Shown here one piece after another: positions 26,674 through 36,101 of a stretch of DNA of 64,000 bases. Each line of letters begins with the position of its first letter. Within the stretch, counting starts at the first letter, position 1. This DNA is from a marine group bacterium Sva0996 bin134 (lineage in GTDB: Bacteria; Actinomycetota; Acidimicrobiia; Acidimicrobiales; Bin134), in the NCBI GenBank assembly GCA_002239105.1, contig MPNQ01000005.1, forward strand, positions 71,939 to 135,938, in the 5' to 3' direction. Made by a program: the position numbers and the translations under genes. The notes under the pieces are model-generated. The model had not been told where the DNA came from. It searched no databases and saw only the letters and a program-made list of their open reading frames with translations.

Positions 26674-28364
26674 TCCACCCCGAAATAAAACGGATAGAGC
26701 GGCTGGTTCCCCTCGTGGACTTCCAACTCGACCTCGGGGTAGTGATCGGTCAGCCAGGCGGCCACCTCATCCACTTCCGCAGGGGTGGCATCGGCGCCGG
26801 AGATCACGGTGACCAACTCGTGGCTGTCTTCGATGACCTCGGACAAGAGCCCGGTTGCCGCCTCGGCTGCGCTGGGCGCCACCACCCGCAACCCGCCGCG
26901 ATCCAGACCCAGCCACTGGCCCGCGGCTATGGGCCCCAATTCGCTCTCGGTGTCCCGCACCGCTTGGGTGACTTCGCCGGTAACCACATCGGCCGCGGCG
27001 TCGGCCATTGCCGACTGGTTCTGATCGGCGCTGGCCGACGGGTCGTAGGCCATCAACGCGGCCAGCCCTTCGGCGATCCCCCGGGTGGGAACCACCCGCA
27101 CGGTGGCCTCTGTGCAGTCGTCCACCCTCTCGGCAACCGGCACGATGTTCTTGTTGTTGGGCAAAAGCACCATCTCGGTGGCGTCGAGCTGCTCCACTGC
27201 CTGCACGAAGTGCTCCGTGGAGGGGTTCATGGTCTGGCCGCCGGCGATGATGGCCCGCACCCCCAGCGACTCGAAGATGCGGCGCACTCCCGCTCCCACC
27301 GACACAGCCACCACCGCGGTGCGAACTGGCTCACCAGCCACGGTGGTTACCGCTCTGCCGATCTCGGACGTGACTGAAGCGTGCTCTGGTGCTCCGTGCC
27401 CGAAGGCCGCCAACGACTCGACGTGTTCCACCTGCTCGAACAAGTCGGTCACCCGGATGTCGAACGGCCGGCCTACGCCAATACCCGCTTCGATGCTGCC
27501 TCCGATGTCATTGCTGTGGATGTGGCAGTTCCACAGGCCGTCACCGCCCACCACAACGATGGAGTCGCCCAAGGCGTCCCAAGAAGCCCGGAACTCCCCG
27601 ATGCGATGGTCTTCGGCCTCCAAGAAGAACATCACCTCATAGCGGGTGCCGTCAGCGTCGTCATCAGTTCCATGGGTATCGGTGGCCCCGGCCACGGCTG
27701 CGCCCACTCCCGCTGTTGGGTCCACTGGGGGCGGGTCGGGCAACGGGCGGCCATCCACCGCGGTGGCCATTGCGTCCAGAAACAGCAAGAACCCCGCTCC
27801 CCCGGCGTCTACCACGTTGGCCCGGGCCAACTGGGGCAGCAGCTCCGGCGTGCGCTCCAGCGAGGCCCGCCCCGCCTGCTGACACCCCTCAACTAGATGA
27901 ATGAGCTCGTCCACACCCTGATCGACCGCGTCGGCGGCCGCAGTGGCCACGTCGCGCACCACGGTCAGAATGGTTCCCTCTACCGGGGTTGATACCGCTT
28001 CGTCGGCCGCGATAGAGGCCTCCTTCAGGGCACTGGCCAACACCGGGGGGTCGACATGGCCGGCGGCAGACACCGAATCAGCCAGGCCCCGCAAGATCTG
28101 CGACAAGATCACGCCGGAGTTGCCCCGGGCCCCCATGAGCGAGCCGTGGCTGATGGCGTGGCATACCTCGGTCATCTGATCGCCGGCGGCGGACACTTCG
28201 GCCACCACCGACTCCAAGGTCAGCGCCATGTTGGTGCCGGTATCCCCGTCGGGAACCGGGTACACGTTGAGCTGGTTGATTACGTCTCGGTGCATGCCGA
28301 GGGCGTCTCGGAACCACTCCATAGTGGCTCGCAATCCCTCGGCCCCCAGACGGTCTGCGGTCAT
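26670..28364 (-). CDS. yloV: DAK2 domain fusion protein YloV
   Basis: VYPVPDGDTGTNM Dak2 motif. Start trimmed to ATG 28364. yloV-recG synteny with GTGA overlap. Confidence 0.85.
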   Translation of the reverse strand: MTADRLGAEGLRATMEWFRDALGMHRDVINQLNVYPVPDGDTGTNMALTLESVVAEVSAAGDQMTEVCHAISHGSLMGARGNSGVILSQILRGLADSVSAAGHVDPPVLASALKEASIAADEAVSTPVEGTILTVVRDVATAAADAVDQGVDELIHLVEGCQQAGRASLERTPELLPQLARANVVDAGGAGFLLFLDAMATAVDGRPLPDPPPVDPTAGVGAAVAGATDTHGTDDDADGTRYEVMFFLEAEDHRIGEFRASWDALGDSIVVVGGDGLWNCHIHSNDIGGSIEAGIGVGRPFDIRVTDLFEQVEHVESLAAFGHGAPEHASVTSEIGRAVTTVAGEPVRTAVVAVSVGAGVRRIFESLGVRAIIAGGQTMNPSTEHFVQAVEQLDATEMVLLPNNKNIVPVAERVDDCTEATVRVVPTRGIAEGLAALMAYDPSASADQNQSAMADAAADVVTGEVTQAVRDTESELGPIAAGQWLGLDRGGLRVVAPSAAEAATGLLSEVIEDSHELVTVISGADATPAEVDEVAAWLTDHYPEVELEVHEGNQPLYPFYFGVE

Positions 28365-28495
28365 GACCCGCGATGCTAGTGAGTGGGGGCTCCCAGACTT
28401 GCGAACCACGGCCCGGTGAACACGGCCCGACTCGCGAACCGCCATGACCAGCCATTACCCTGCACTAACCCCGATCACTGTCAGAAAGAGTCCCC

Positions 28496-28744
28496 GTGCA
28501 GGGTGTGATCAAGGCTTATGACCCGTCAACTGGAATCGGCGTTGTCGTGCGCGACACCGACCTGGCCGAATTCGATTTGGCCCCCGATGCGCTGGAGGGG
28601 TCGGTGTTCCGAATGCTGCGCCAAGGCCAGCGGGTGCTGTTCGATTTGGAAGGGAATGAAGCCACCCGCCTGCGGATAGGTTCGGAAGTGGACATGGGTA
28701 CACCGTCGTTCCTCACTCCGTCCGGCAACCCGGAGCAAGCGTGA
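28496..28744 (+). CDS. small cold-shock-domain-like (OB-fold) protein with degenerate RNP motifs
   Basis: MQGVIKAYDPSTGIGVVVRDTDLAEFDL...QRVLFDLEGNEATRL mirrors the CspA layout (GxVKWFNxxKGFGFI...VFVH...QxVxFxxxxG), but the aromatic RNP1/RNP2 residues are absent. GTGA overlap with pckA. Confidence 0.6.
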   Translation: MQGVIKAYDPSTGIGVVVRDTDLAEFDLAPDALEGSVFRMLRQGQRVLFDLEGNEATRLRIGSEVDMGTPSFLTPSGNPEQA

Positions 28745-30399
28745 CAACTCCGGTCGCCGACCAACTCCGTATCCGCTTCGGCTTGGACTCGGTGGATGTC
28801 CGGTCGGGGCTGACCCAAGACGAGCTCTTCCACGCGGCCATCGCCGGAGACCGGGGCCGCACCCGCTTCGACGGCGGCGAGCACGACCAGAAGGCGTTCG
28901 CCACCGCCTTGGGCTCAGATGGGCCGCTGATCTTCTATTCCGACCCCTCGTGCACCGGTCGGCCCGTGCAGGACACGTTCGCGGTGGCCTGGCCCGAGCT
29001 GGTGGACGATGTGTGGTGGAAATCGGATTTCAACAAGCTGGACCCCGACCGCTTCCCCGGTCTGCTCGAGCGGGTGTTGGCCCATCTGAACAAGCGGCAG
29101 GCCACGGTGTACACCGCCGATGTGTTCTGCGGCTGGGATCCGGAGTTCGCCATCCCCTATCGGCTGGTGAGCGAGTACGCCACCCACGCCTTCTTCGCCA
29201 ACATCATGTTCCCCAAGGGGGTGCGCGAAGACGCCGACCGAGAGTCCATCGGCTGGACCATGATCAACGTCCCCAGCTTCCGCTGCGATCCCGATCGCGA
29301 CGGCACCCGCACCGACCGGGCGGTGATTATGGACCTTCGCAACCGGCTGGGGCTGGTACTGGGGCGAGCCGACTACTGTGGCGTGGTCAAAAAGACCATG
29401 TTCACGGTGATGAACTTCGTGCTGCCCGACGCCAAACAGCTCACAATGCACTGCTCGGCGAACGTGGACGACAACGGGAACAGCGCCATCTTGTTCGGCC
29501 TGTCCGGAACCGGGAAGACCACGCTGTCCGCCGATCCCGACCGCAGCCTGATCGGCGACGACGAGCACGTATGGACCGAATCGGGGGTGTCTAATTTTGA
29601 GGACGGCTGCTACGCCAAGCTCATCGACCTGGACAAGGACGCCGAGCCGATCATTGCCGACGCACTGTCTCAGGGGGGCACCCTCATCGAGAACGTCCCC
29701 GCTCTGCCCGGCCGGGATTTGATCGATACCGATCCCCAAGATCTCGACCTCACCGACGACTCCATCACCGAGAACACCCGCTTTGCCTATCCGCTGGCTT
29801 GCAATCCCCATGTGGCCCCCGGCGCCAAGGGACCGCACCCCAGCACCATCGTGCTCTTGACCGCGGACGCCTTCGGCGTGTTGCCCCCGGTTTCAATCCT
29901 CAACCGCGACGAGGTGATGTACCACTTCGTGATGGGGTTCACCTCCAAGCTGGCCGGCACCGAAGTGGGCGTGGTGGAACCACAGGCCACGTTCAGCTCC
30001 TGCTTCGGAGCGCCGTTCATGTCGCACAAGCCATCGGTATACGCCGAACTACTGGCCCACCGCATGGAAGCCCACCAGGCCCGGTGCATCCTCTTGAACA
30101 CTGGCTGGTCGGGGGGACCTCACGGGGTGGGTGAGCGCATGTCCATTGCCCACACCCGGGCTCTGCTCAATGCCGCTCTCAACGGAGATCTCGACAGCGC
30201 CGATACCGTCAGGCTCCCCACCTTGGGGCTGCGAATCCCGGCATCTTGTCCCGGGGTTCCCGACGAAGTTCTGAACCCTCGCAACACCTGGAGCGATCCC
30301 GACGCCTACGACGAGGCTGCGGTCCGACTGCGCGACCTATTCCGCCAGAACTACGAGAAGCAGGACTACGCCTCTTTGGGCATCCAGGAGATGCTCTAG
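28741..30399 (+). CDS. pckA: phosphoenolpyruvate carboxykinase (ATP)
   Basis: GLSGTGKTTLS kinase-1a, IGDDEH, and the ~550-aa length typical of the ATP-dependent class. Confidence 0.93.
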   Translation: MTTPVADQLRIRFGLDSVDVRSGLTQDELFHAAIAGDRGRTRFDGGEHDQKAFATALGSDGPLIFYSDPSCTGRPVQDTFAVAWPELVDDVWWKSDFNKLDPDRFPGLLERVLAHLNKRQATVYTADVFCGWDPEFAIPYRLVSEYATHAFFANIMFPKGVREDADRESIGWTMINVPSFRCDPDRDGTRTDRAVIMDLRNRLGLVLGRADYCGVVKKTMFTVMNFVLPDAKQLTMHCSANVDDNGNSAILFGLSGTGKTTLSADPDRSLIGDDEHVWTESGVSNFEDGCYAKLIDLDKDAEPIIADALSQGGTLIENVPALPGRDLIDTDPQDLDLTDDSITENTRFAYPLACNPHVAPGAKGPHPSTIVLLTADAFGVLPPVSILNRDEVMYHFVMGFTSKLAGTEVGVVEPQATFSSCFGAPFMSHKPSVYAELLAHRMEAHQARCILLNTGWSGGPHGVGERMSIAHTRALLNAALNGDLDSADTVRLPTLGLRIPASCPGVPDEVLNPRNTWSDPDAYDEAAVRLRDLFRQNYEKQDYASLGIQEML

Positions 30400-31412
30400 C
30401 GAAATCCCCGCGGATGGGTTGACTGCCAGGCCCAGGCGTCTCGGCACATGTCGGCCAGTGTTCGAGTGGCGGACCAGTCGAGGTCTTGGCGGGCCTTGGC
30501 CGGGTAGGCCCGCAGCTCAGCGACATCGCCGGGACGGCGGTCGTGCACTTGATAGGGCAAGGGGTGGCCGGTGGCCTCTCGCATGGCGGCGATCACCTCC
30601 AGCACCGAGGCGGCCCGGCCGGTTCCCAGGTTGTAGGTATGCAATTGCCCGGGGGAACGCTCCAGATGCTCCAAAGCGGCCAGGTGGCCGTGGGCCAAGT
30701 CCATCACGTGGATGTAGTCGCGCAACGCGGTGCCGTCCGGGGTGGGATAGTCGGTGCCGTAGAGCGGCAGTTCGGGACGGCGGCCCACCGCCACCTGAAG
30801 CAGGTAGGGCATCAGATTCCCGGGCACCCCTTCGGGGTCTTCTCCGATCAGGCCGCTGGGATGGGCCCCCACCGGGTTGAAGTAGCGGAGCAGGGCTGCC
30901 GTCCAGCGGGGATCGGCTCGAACCACATCGGCGATCATCTGCTCGATGATGAGCTTGGTCCAGCCATAGGGGTTGGCGGGCCGGGTTGGGGCAGTCTCGG
31001 GTACCGGCAGCTCATCGGGCTCGCCATAGACCGTGGCCGAGGAGGAGAACACGATCCTGCGCACCCCGCAGCGCTCCATAACCGTCAGCAAAACGGCAGT
31101 GGATTCCAGGTTGTGGCGGTAGTAGCGCAGCGGATCGGCTACCGAATCGGGCACCGATTTGAGCCCGGCGAAGTGCAGTACCGCGTCGGGATGCACCCCG
31201 GTGATCACCTTCTCCACAGCGGACTCGTCGCGGCAGTCGGCCACGTCGAGCCGAGGGCGGTGTCCGGCGATCTCCCCCGCAGCGTCAATTGCGTCGGCCG
31301 AGGAGTTGACCAGGCTGTCTAGCACCGCCACCTCGTAGCCCGCCTCCATCAGGGCGACGCAGGTGTGGCTGCCGATGTAGCCCGCCCCCCCGGTCACCAG
31401 AACCTTTGCCAT
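30396..31412 (-). CDS. galE: UDP-glucose 4-epimerase
   Basis: Start trimmed to MAKVLVTGGAGYIGSH. Catalytic YGWTK (YxxxK). Confidence 0.9.
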   Translation of the reverse strand: MAKVLVTGGAGYIGSHTCVALMEAGYEVAVLDSLVNSSADAIDAAGEIAGHRPRLDVADCRDESAVEKVITGVHPDAVLHFAGLKSVPDSVADPLRYYRHNLESTAVLLTVMERCGVRRIVFSSSATVYGEPDELPVPETAPTRPANPYGWTKLIIEQMIADVVRADPRWTAALLRYFNPVGAHPSGLIGEDPEGVPGNLMPYLLQVAVGRRPELPLYGTDYPTPDGTALRDYIHVMDLAHGHLAALEHLERSPGQLHTYNLGTGRAASVLEVIAAMREATGHPLPYQVHDRRPGDVAELRAYPAKARQDLDWSATRTLADMCRDAWAWQSTHPRGFR

Positions 31413-31437
31413 AGGGGCACGGTAATCGACGAAATGA

Positions 31438-32997
31438 CTATCCCGGACCACGCAGGATGCGGGTCTTGCCGTACATCGAGCCGAACAACAGCCGGCCGTC
31501 ATCGTCGACGGTGACCCCCGCACCGATGGTGTTGAACTTGGAGCCGCCCAACACGTAGTGGAACCGCGACTCGCCGGTAGCCCAGTCGGCAGCTTCGATC
31601 GTCCACTTACCGCCGCGAACCCCGCAGGTGTAGATCAGGCCGCTCTCCTCGGCCACGAAGGGAACCGAGTTGGGCGACGAGATGTCGAGGTTGACCCATG
31701 CCTCCTTCAGTTCCCGGGCCGCCGGATCCCACTCGTACTTGTGGAGTCCGTGGGGCTGGTATTCGGGTTTGTGGCCGAGCATGAAGCACAGCATCCGAGC
31801 GGCTTGCTTGGGGTAGCCGTCGGGGATTGTGGCCGGCTCGTTGTTGACCGTCATGGCGCCGTAGCCCGCCACGGTGATCGACTGCTCGGTCTTGATCTCG
31901 GCCAGATCGGGATCGCCCATGTTGGCCGGGCCAATGCCGGCGATGCGGCGATCGGGCGCGTTGGGCAGTTGCTCCCAGTCGTCGGGGATCTCATTGCGCC
32001 ACAACAGGGTGATGTTCACCACTTCGTCGCCGTCGCCGATCACCACGAACTTGTCCTCATCGGGGCCGAAGCCCATGAGCGACGGCGTGGTCCCAGAGCC
32101 GTGGCCGCCGCCATTGCGGTAGGGCACCCTCCAGCAGCCGTGGGCGGGGTCGTCGGTGAGCTCAGAACCCGTCCAGCGCAGCTTGTGGTGGTGGTCGTTG
32201 GACGACACATAGATGCCGTTGTCATGATCGATGCAGATACTGGTGCGCACCCAGCCGTAGCCGGTGTTGCCCCGCTCCGCGGCTCTCCGGGCGCAATATT
32301 CGGCGGCGGTCTCGGCCCCACCGGCAATCTGGAGGGCGTGGTAGGCGCTGAAGTCGCGCTCGAGCACGACGACCCAGCCGTGATCGGTGGACATGACCAG
32401 CTTGCCGTCGAAGGTCATGTTCATTCCCACGAAGAAGCCCTCGATGTGGTCGGGCTTGTTCCACCGGTCCCGCTCCACGATGGGCGACGCCGGGTCGGAC
32501 GGGTCGGTCTCCACATAGGCCACCGCGTGGTCTTTGCGGCCGAGGAACAGGGTGTGGTCGCAATCCAACAGCGCATAGACCCCGTCGATGCCGGTCATGA
32601 ACTTCATCGCTAGCTCGATGGCGTGCTCGATGGCCTCCCAACCGTCCTTGTTGTCGAGGCCGCGGAGATTGGACTCCAACTCGGGGGTGGGAGTGCGGCC
32701 CCCTCCGCCGACGATCTCGTGATCGGCCAGAACCTCAAGCGTCCCATAGTCGAGTTTGGCGATGTTCTGGCGTCCGTTGGTCCACAACACCCTCCGGCCG
32801 TCGGGGTACGGACCCGACGTCAGATGACCGAAATGGCAGGGGCCGAGCCACGCGTACTGGAGATCGGCCTCCTCATCGAGCACCTCAGTAGGGCCTTCAG
32901 GACCTCGCCAAGGCACATTGTCCTGCTGGTCACACCGTCCATGGGCGATGGCGTAGGAGGAACGGGCCAGATACGAATTGGCGGGGGCGCGGTTCAT
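31438..32997 (-). CDS. hypothetical protein, 519 aa, beta-rich, no signal peptide
   Basis: Strong coding-like ORF 25 nt upstream of galE. I recognise no family. Recurrent hydrophobic-strand/Asp-Gly patterns (DHGWVVVLERD, DNGIYVSSNDHHHKLRW, DKFVVIGDGDEVVNITLLW, DDDGRLLFGSMYG) suggest a propeller-like fold. Confidence 0.7.
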   Translation of the reverse strand: MNRAPANSYLARSSYAIAHGRCDQQDNVPWRGPEGPTEVLDEEADLQYAWLGPCHFGHLTSGPYPDGRRVLWTNGRQNIAKLDYGTLEVLADHEIVGGGGRTPTPELESNLRGLDNKDGWEAIEHAIELAMKFMTGIDGVYALLDCDHTLFLGRKDHAVAYVETDPSDPASPIVERDRWNKPDHIEGFFVGMNMTFDGKLVMSTDHGWVVVLERDFSAYHALQIAGGAETAAEYCARRAAERGNTGYGWVRTSICIDHDNGIYVSSNDHHHKLRWTGSELTDDPAHGCWRVPYRNGGGHGSGTTPSLMGFGPDEDKFVVIGDGDEVVNITLLWRNEIPDDWEQLPNAPDRRIAGIGPANMGDPDLAEIKTEQSITVAGYGAMTVNNEPATIPDGYPKQAARMLCFMLGHKPEYQPHGLHKYEWDPAARELKEAWVNLDISSPNSVPFVAEESGLIYTCGVRGGKWTIEAADWATGESRFHYVLGGSKFNTIGAGVTVDDDGRLLFGSMYGKTRILRGPG

Positions 32998-33089
32998 GGG
33001 CCTACATCATTGCGCCACGTCTGGCCCGCTAGCCCACTGGAGCGCTTCTTTGAGTACGATTCGGGAAAACCGACCGGAGGTGCAGTCAC

Positions 33090-33326
33090 GTGGGTGTCAG
33101 CTCATATGTTTTGATCCAAACCGAAATGGACAAGGCCCGCCAGGTGGCCGAGGCCATCCGCGAGATCGATGGCGTGGTGATCTCTGAGATCATGACCGGC
33201 CCCTACGATGTGATCGCCAAGGCCGAAGCCGAGTCCATGGACCAACTGGGCCGACTGGTTGTGAGCCAAATCCAGATGGTGGACGGCATCACCCGGACCC
33301 TCACCTGTCCCGTCGTCAACCTTTGA
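33090..33326 (+). CDS. stand-alone Lrp/AsnC ligand-binding (RAM) domain protein
   Basis: 78 aa: SYVLIQTEMDKARQVAEAIREIDGVVISEIMTGPYDVIAKAEAESMDQLGRLV. No HTH domain. GGAGG lies 9 nt upstream of the GTG. Confidence 0.75.
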   Translation: MGVSSYVLIQTEMDKARQVAEAIREIDGVVISEIMTGPYDVIAKAEAESMDQLGRLVVSQIQMVDGITRTLTCPVVNL

Positions 33327-33345
33327 ACTGAGCGGCGATCCTCGG

Positions 33346-33705
33346 CTAGCTGAGGATCATGGCTCGGATGGCCAGGCCGGCCAGAAAGAAGCTGCCGCCG
33401 GCATAGAGCAGCTCGCGGCGGTGGGCGAGCTGAATCCGGTAGGCGTAGATGATGGCCACCGCCGCGATGGCGGCAAATCCGTAGAGGCGGTGGAGGTCAC
33501 CGGGATCTGAACCTGAGCGGTTCTCGTACACGACGCCCGCTATCACCTGGGCGAACACCGTGCATTGGGCCAAGGTGATGAACACCCACAAGGGCCAGCC
33601 TCGCAGCCTTTGGCGGAAGTGGGCGCCCAAGGCCCACCCGCCGGCGGCGGCGTTAGCCACCATCACCACCCAGGAGAACCAGTCGTGAAAGCTGGCCAGC
33701 GACAT
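33346..33705 (-). CDS. small integral membrane protein (about 4 TM helices)
   Basis: Start trimmed to ATG 33705 (MSLASFHDWFSWVVMVANAAAGGW...). The hydrophobic segments are separated by basic loops. Confidence 0.6.
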   Translation of the reverse strand: MSLASFHDWFSWVVMVANAAAGGWALGAHFRQRLRGWPLWVFITLAQCTVFAQVIAGVVYENRSGSDPGDLHRLYGFAAIAAVAIIYAYRIQLAHRRELLYAGGSFFLAGLAIRAMILS

Positions 33706-33728
33706 GGCGGCGCCAACCGAGGCGGGGC

Positions 33729-34529
33729 TCACCTGAACAAGTCGGTAGCGAAGTCGCCCGTGCGGGGCGGCCCCGGGGCCACAAACCACTCGGTGCCGAA
33801 TGCTCCGGCGAACTGCTCGTCGGTCATAGAACCGAAGAAGGAGTCGGCGGTGATCTGGCTGGCGTGGGCCAGCATTGCAGACCTCTTGCGCTCCAAGTAG
33901 GCGCTCACATCCACTGCATGGGTGATTTCCGCCTCATCGGTGCCGAAGTCTTCCTCGCTGAACCGCTCCGCCCGCTCGGCGTCGATCTCCTCAATCGCCT
34001 CGGCAAAGGACTCCACCTCGGCCATCTGCCGCAGGATCTGGGTCCGATTCATGGTGGCGAAGAACACTCTCTCAACCCCGGCTTTGCGAGCCGCGTCTAC
34101 CCCAACCCGGTGGACCTGGATGTGGTCGGGGTGGCCGTAGCCGCCGTGGTCGTCGTACAAGGTGAGCACATCGGCGGATTCCTCCCGAAGGATGCGGGCC
34201 ACTCGCTCCACTGCCTCGTCGAAATCGGCCTGCCAGAAACAGGCCGGGTTGTCGTTGGCCTCGTCGCCGGCCATACCGGAGTCCTCATAGCCCAAGAACT
34301 CCACCCGGTGGGCGCCGATGATCCCAGCGGCGGTATGGGTCTCCGCCGCCCGCCTTTCGCCCAATTGCTCGCCGGGGCCCAGCGCTCCCGGGGCAGGCTC
34401 GCCCTGTTCCCCTTTGGTAGCCACTACCAGCACCACCCGATGACCATCGGCGGCTGCCTTCATCATGGTGCCCGAGGTGGCAATGGCCTCGTCGTCGGGA
34501 TGGGCGTGGAAGTTCACCATGGTGCCCAC
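33729..34529 (-). CDS. PIG-L/LmbE family deacetylase
   Basis: AHPDDE metal motif near the N-terminus and HPDH further on. GTG start shares one base with the upstream TAG. Confidence 0.85.
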   Translation of the reverse strand: MGTMVNFHAHPDDEAIATSGTMMKAAADGHRVVLVVATKGEQGEPAPGALGPGEQLGERRAAETHTAAGIIGAHRVEFLGYEDSGMAGDEANDNPACFWQADFDEAVERVARILREESADVLTLYDDHGGYGHPDHIQVHRVGVDAARKAGVERVFFATMNRTQILRQMAEVESFAEAIEEIDAERAERFSEEDFGTDEAEITHAVDVSAYLERKRSAMLAHASQITADSFFGSMTDEQFAGAFGTEWFVAPGPPRTGDFATDLFR

Positions 34530-35665
34530 TACTTGACAGCCCCCGATTCTTTAAGAGCGGCTATAGCGGCATCGTCGAAGCCCCAGTCGGCCAGGGTTTC
34601 GCCAGTGTGCTGGCCGGGGTTGGGGGCTGGGCGGGCAATCTCAGCCGGAGTGCGGCTGAAGCGGGGCGCGGGGCCGGGTTGAAGGGCGCCCCCCACCTCC
34701 ACGAAGGAGCCGCGGGCCACATTGTGGGGGTGTTCTGGAGCATCGGCCAGGCTGAGCACCGGGGCGAAGCAGACATCAGAGCCGTCGAGGATCCCACACC
34801 ACTCGTCGCGGGTCTTGGCCTTGACTGCGGCGGCCAGCCGGGCTCGCATCTCCGGCCAGTTGGAGCGGTCGTTCTGGTCGATCCCGTCGGCGTCGATCCC
34901 CACCTTCTCCACCATTTCGGCAAAGAACTGCGGCTCCAGCGATCCCAGCGAGATGTACTGCCCGTCGGCGCACTCGTAGACGTCGTAGAACCATGCCCCG
35001 GTGTCCAACAAGTTGGTGCCCCGCGGCCCCCACGCTCCCATGCCGTGCAGGCCGTAAACCATGGTGATGAGCAGGGCCGATCCCTCCACCATGGAGGCGT
35101 CCACCACCTGGCCTTGGCCCGAGGTGCGGGCCTCCAGCATTGCCGCCAGCATACCGAGGGCCAGCAGCATGCCGCCGCCGCCGAAGTCGCCAGCCAGGTT
35201 CACCGGGGGTACCGGGGCCTCGCCTTCGCGGCCGATGGCCCCCAGCACGCCCGACAGAGCTATGTAGTTGATGTCGTGGCCGGCCATCGACGCATACGGG
35301 CCGTCTTGGCCCCATCCGGTCATGCGCCCGTACACCAGCTTGGGATTGCGGGCCAGACAGTTGTCGGGGCCGATGCCCAGACGCTCGGCCACCCCAGGGC
35401 GGAATCCCTCGATCAGCCCGTCGGCACCCTCCACCAGCTTCAACACGGCCTCGACGCCTTCAGGGTTCTTGAGGTCGACGCCCACGCTTCGGCGTCCCCG
35501 ATTGAGCAGGTCGGGATGGGGGGTGTCGGGAACCTCGTCGCGGACCCGGTCGGCCCGGTCTATCCGCACCACATCGGCCCCCAAATCGGCCAGCATCATG
35601 GCGGCGAACGGCCCCGGCCCGATTCCGGCGATTTCCACCACGCGAATGCCATTCAGCGGTCCCAT
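34529..35665 (-). CDS. family III CoA-transferase (CaiB/BaiF / alpha-methylacyl-CoA racemase-like)
   Basis: GIRVVEIAGIGPGPFAAMMLADLGADVVRIDR. Start set to ATG 35665, which has GGAGG 4 nt upstream. Confidence 0.85.
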   Translation of the reverse strand: MGPLNGIRVVEIAGIGPGPFAAMMLADLGADVVRIDRADRVRDEVPDTPHPDLLNRGRRSVGVDLKNPEGVEAVLKLVEGADGLIEGFRPGVAERLGIGPDNCLARNPKLVYGRMTGWGQDGPYASMAGHDINYIALSGVLGAIGREGEAPVPPVNLAGDFGGGGMLLALGMLAAMLEARTSGQGQVVDASMVEGSALLITMVYGLHGMGAWGPRGTNLLDTGAWFYDVYECADGQYISLGSLEPQFFAEMVEKVGIDADGIDQNDRSNWPEMRARLAAAVKAKTRDEWCGILDGSDVCFAPVLSLADAPEHPHNVARGSFVEVGGALQPGPAPRFSRTPAEIARPAPNPGQHTGETLADWGFDDAAIAALKESGAVK

Positions 35666-35741
35666 ACTGCCTCCTGAGTTCTCCACCGCTCGGACAGTAC
35701 CCGCGTTTCATTCGAGCCGGTCAGCCCAAGAACTCCCCCGC

Positions 35742-36101
35742 TCAGCCCCAGCCCAGCTCGTCGAGGCGGTCGTCCTCGATGCCGAAGTGGTGGGCCACCT
35801 CGTGGATGACGGTAATACCCACCTGCTCCACCACCTCGGCCTCGCTGTCGCATCCCTCGCAGATCGGCAGCCGGTAGATGTAGATGCGGTCGGGCAGCAC
35901 CATCTCGCCCCCGCCATAGTCGCCCCGATCGGTGAGCGGCACCCCGTCGTACAGCCCCCAGATGTCGGATTCCTCCCCTTCGTCCTCCACCAGCACCACC
36001 ACGTTCTCCATCATCTCGACCAGTTCATCGGGAATCTCATCCAGCGCCCGCCCCACCAACTCCTCAAACCGCTCCCGCGAAACCGCAACCATCGGTGCCA
36101 T
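35742..36101 (-). CDS. small zincin-like metallopeptidase family protein (DUF1025-like)
   Basis: HEVAHHFG zinc motif near the C-terminus. Start trimmed to ATG 36101. The upstream part of the 232-aa track ORF is antisense to the helicase gene. Confidence 0.7.
   Translation of the reverse strand: MAPMVAVSRERFEELVGRALDEIPDELVEMMENVVVLVEDEGEESDIWGLYDGVPLTDRGDYGGGEMVLPDRIYIYRLPICEGCDSEAEVVEQVGITVIHEVAHHFGIEDDRLDELGWG

Noticed and set aside
28915-29838. 307-aa minus-strand ORF inside pckA, and the similar 351-aa plus-strand ORF at 31558-32613 inside the 519-aa gene
   Set aside because: Shadow ORFs opposite strongly coding frames. No motifs.
30396-30399. Convergent pckA and galE share a palindromic CTAG as overlapping stop codons; likewise the 20-nt convergent overlap of the helicase and antiporter at 37618-37637
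   Set aside because: Compact convergent ends are common in dense high-GC genomes. I saw no hairpin or other element suggesting a special regulatory role.
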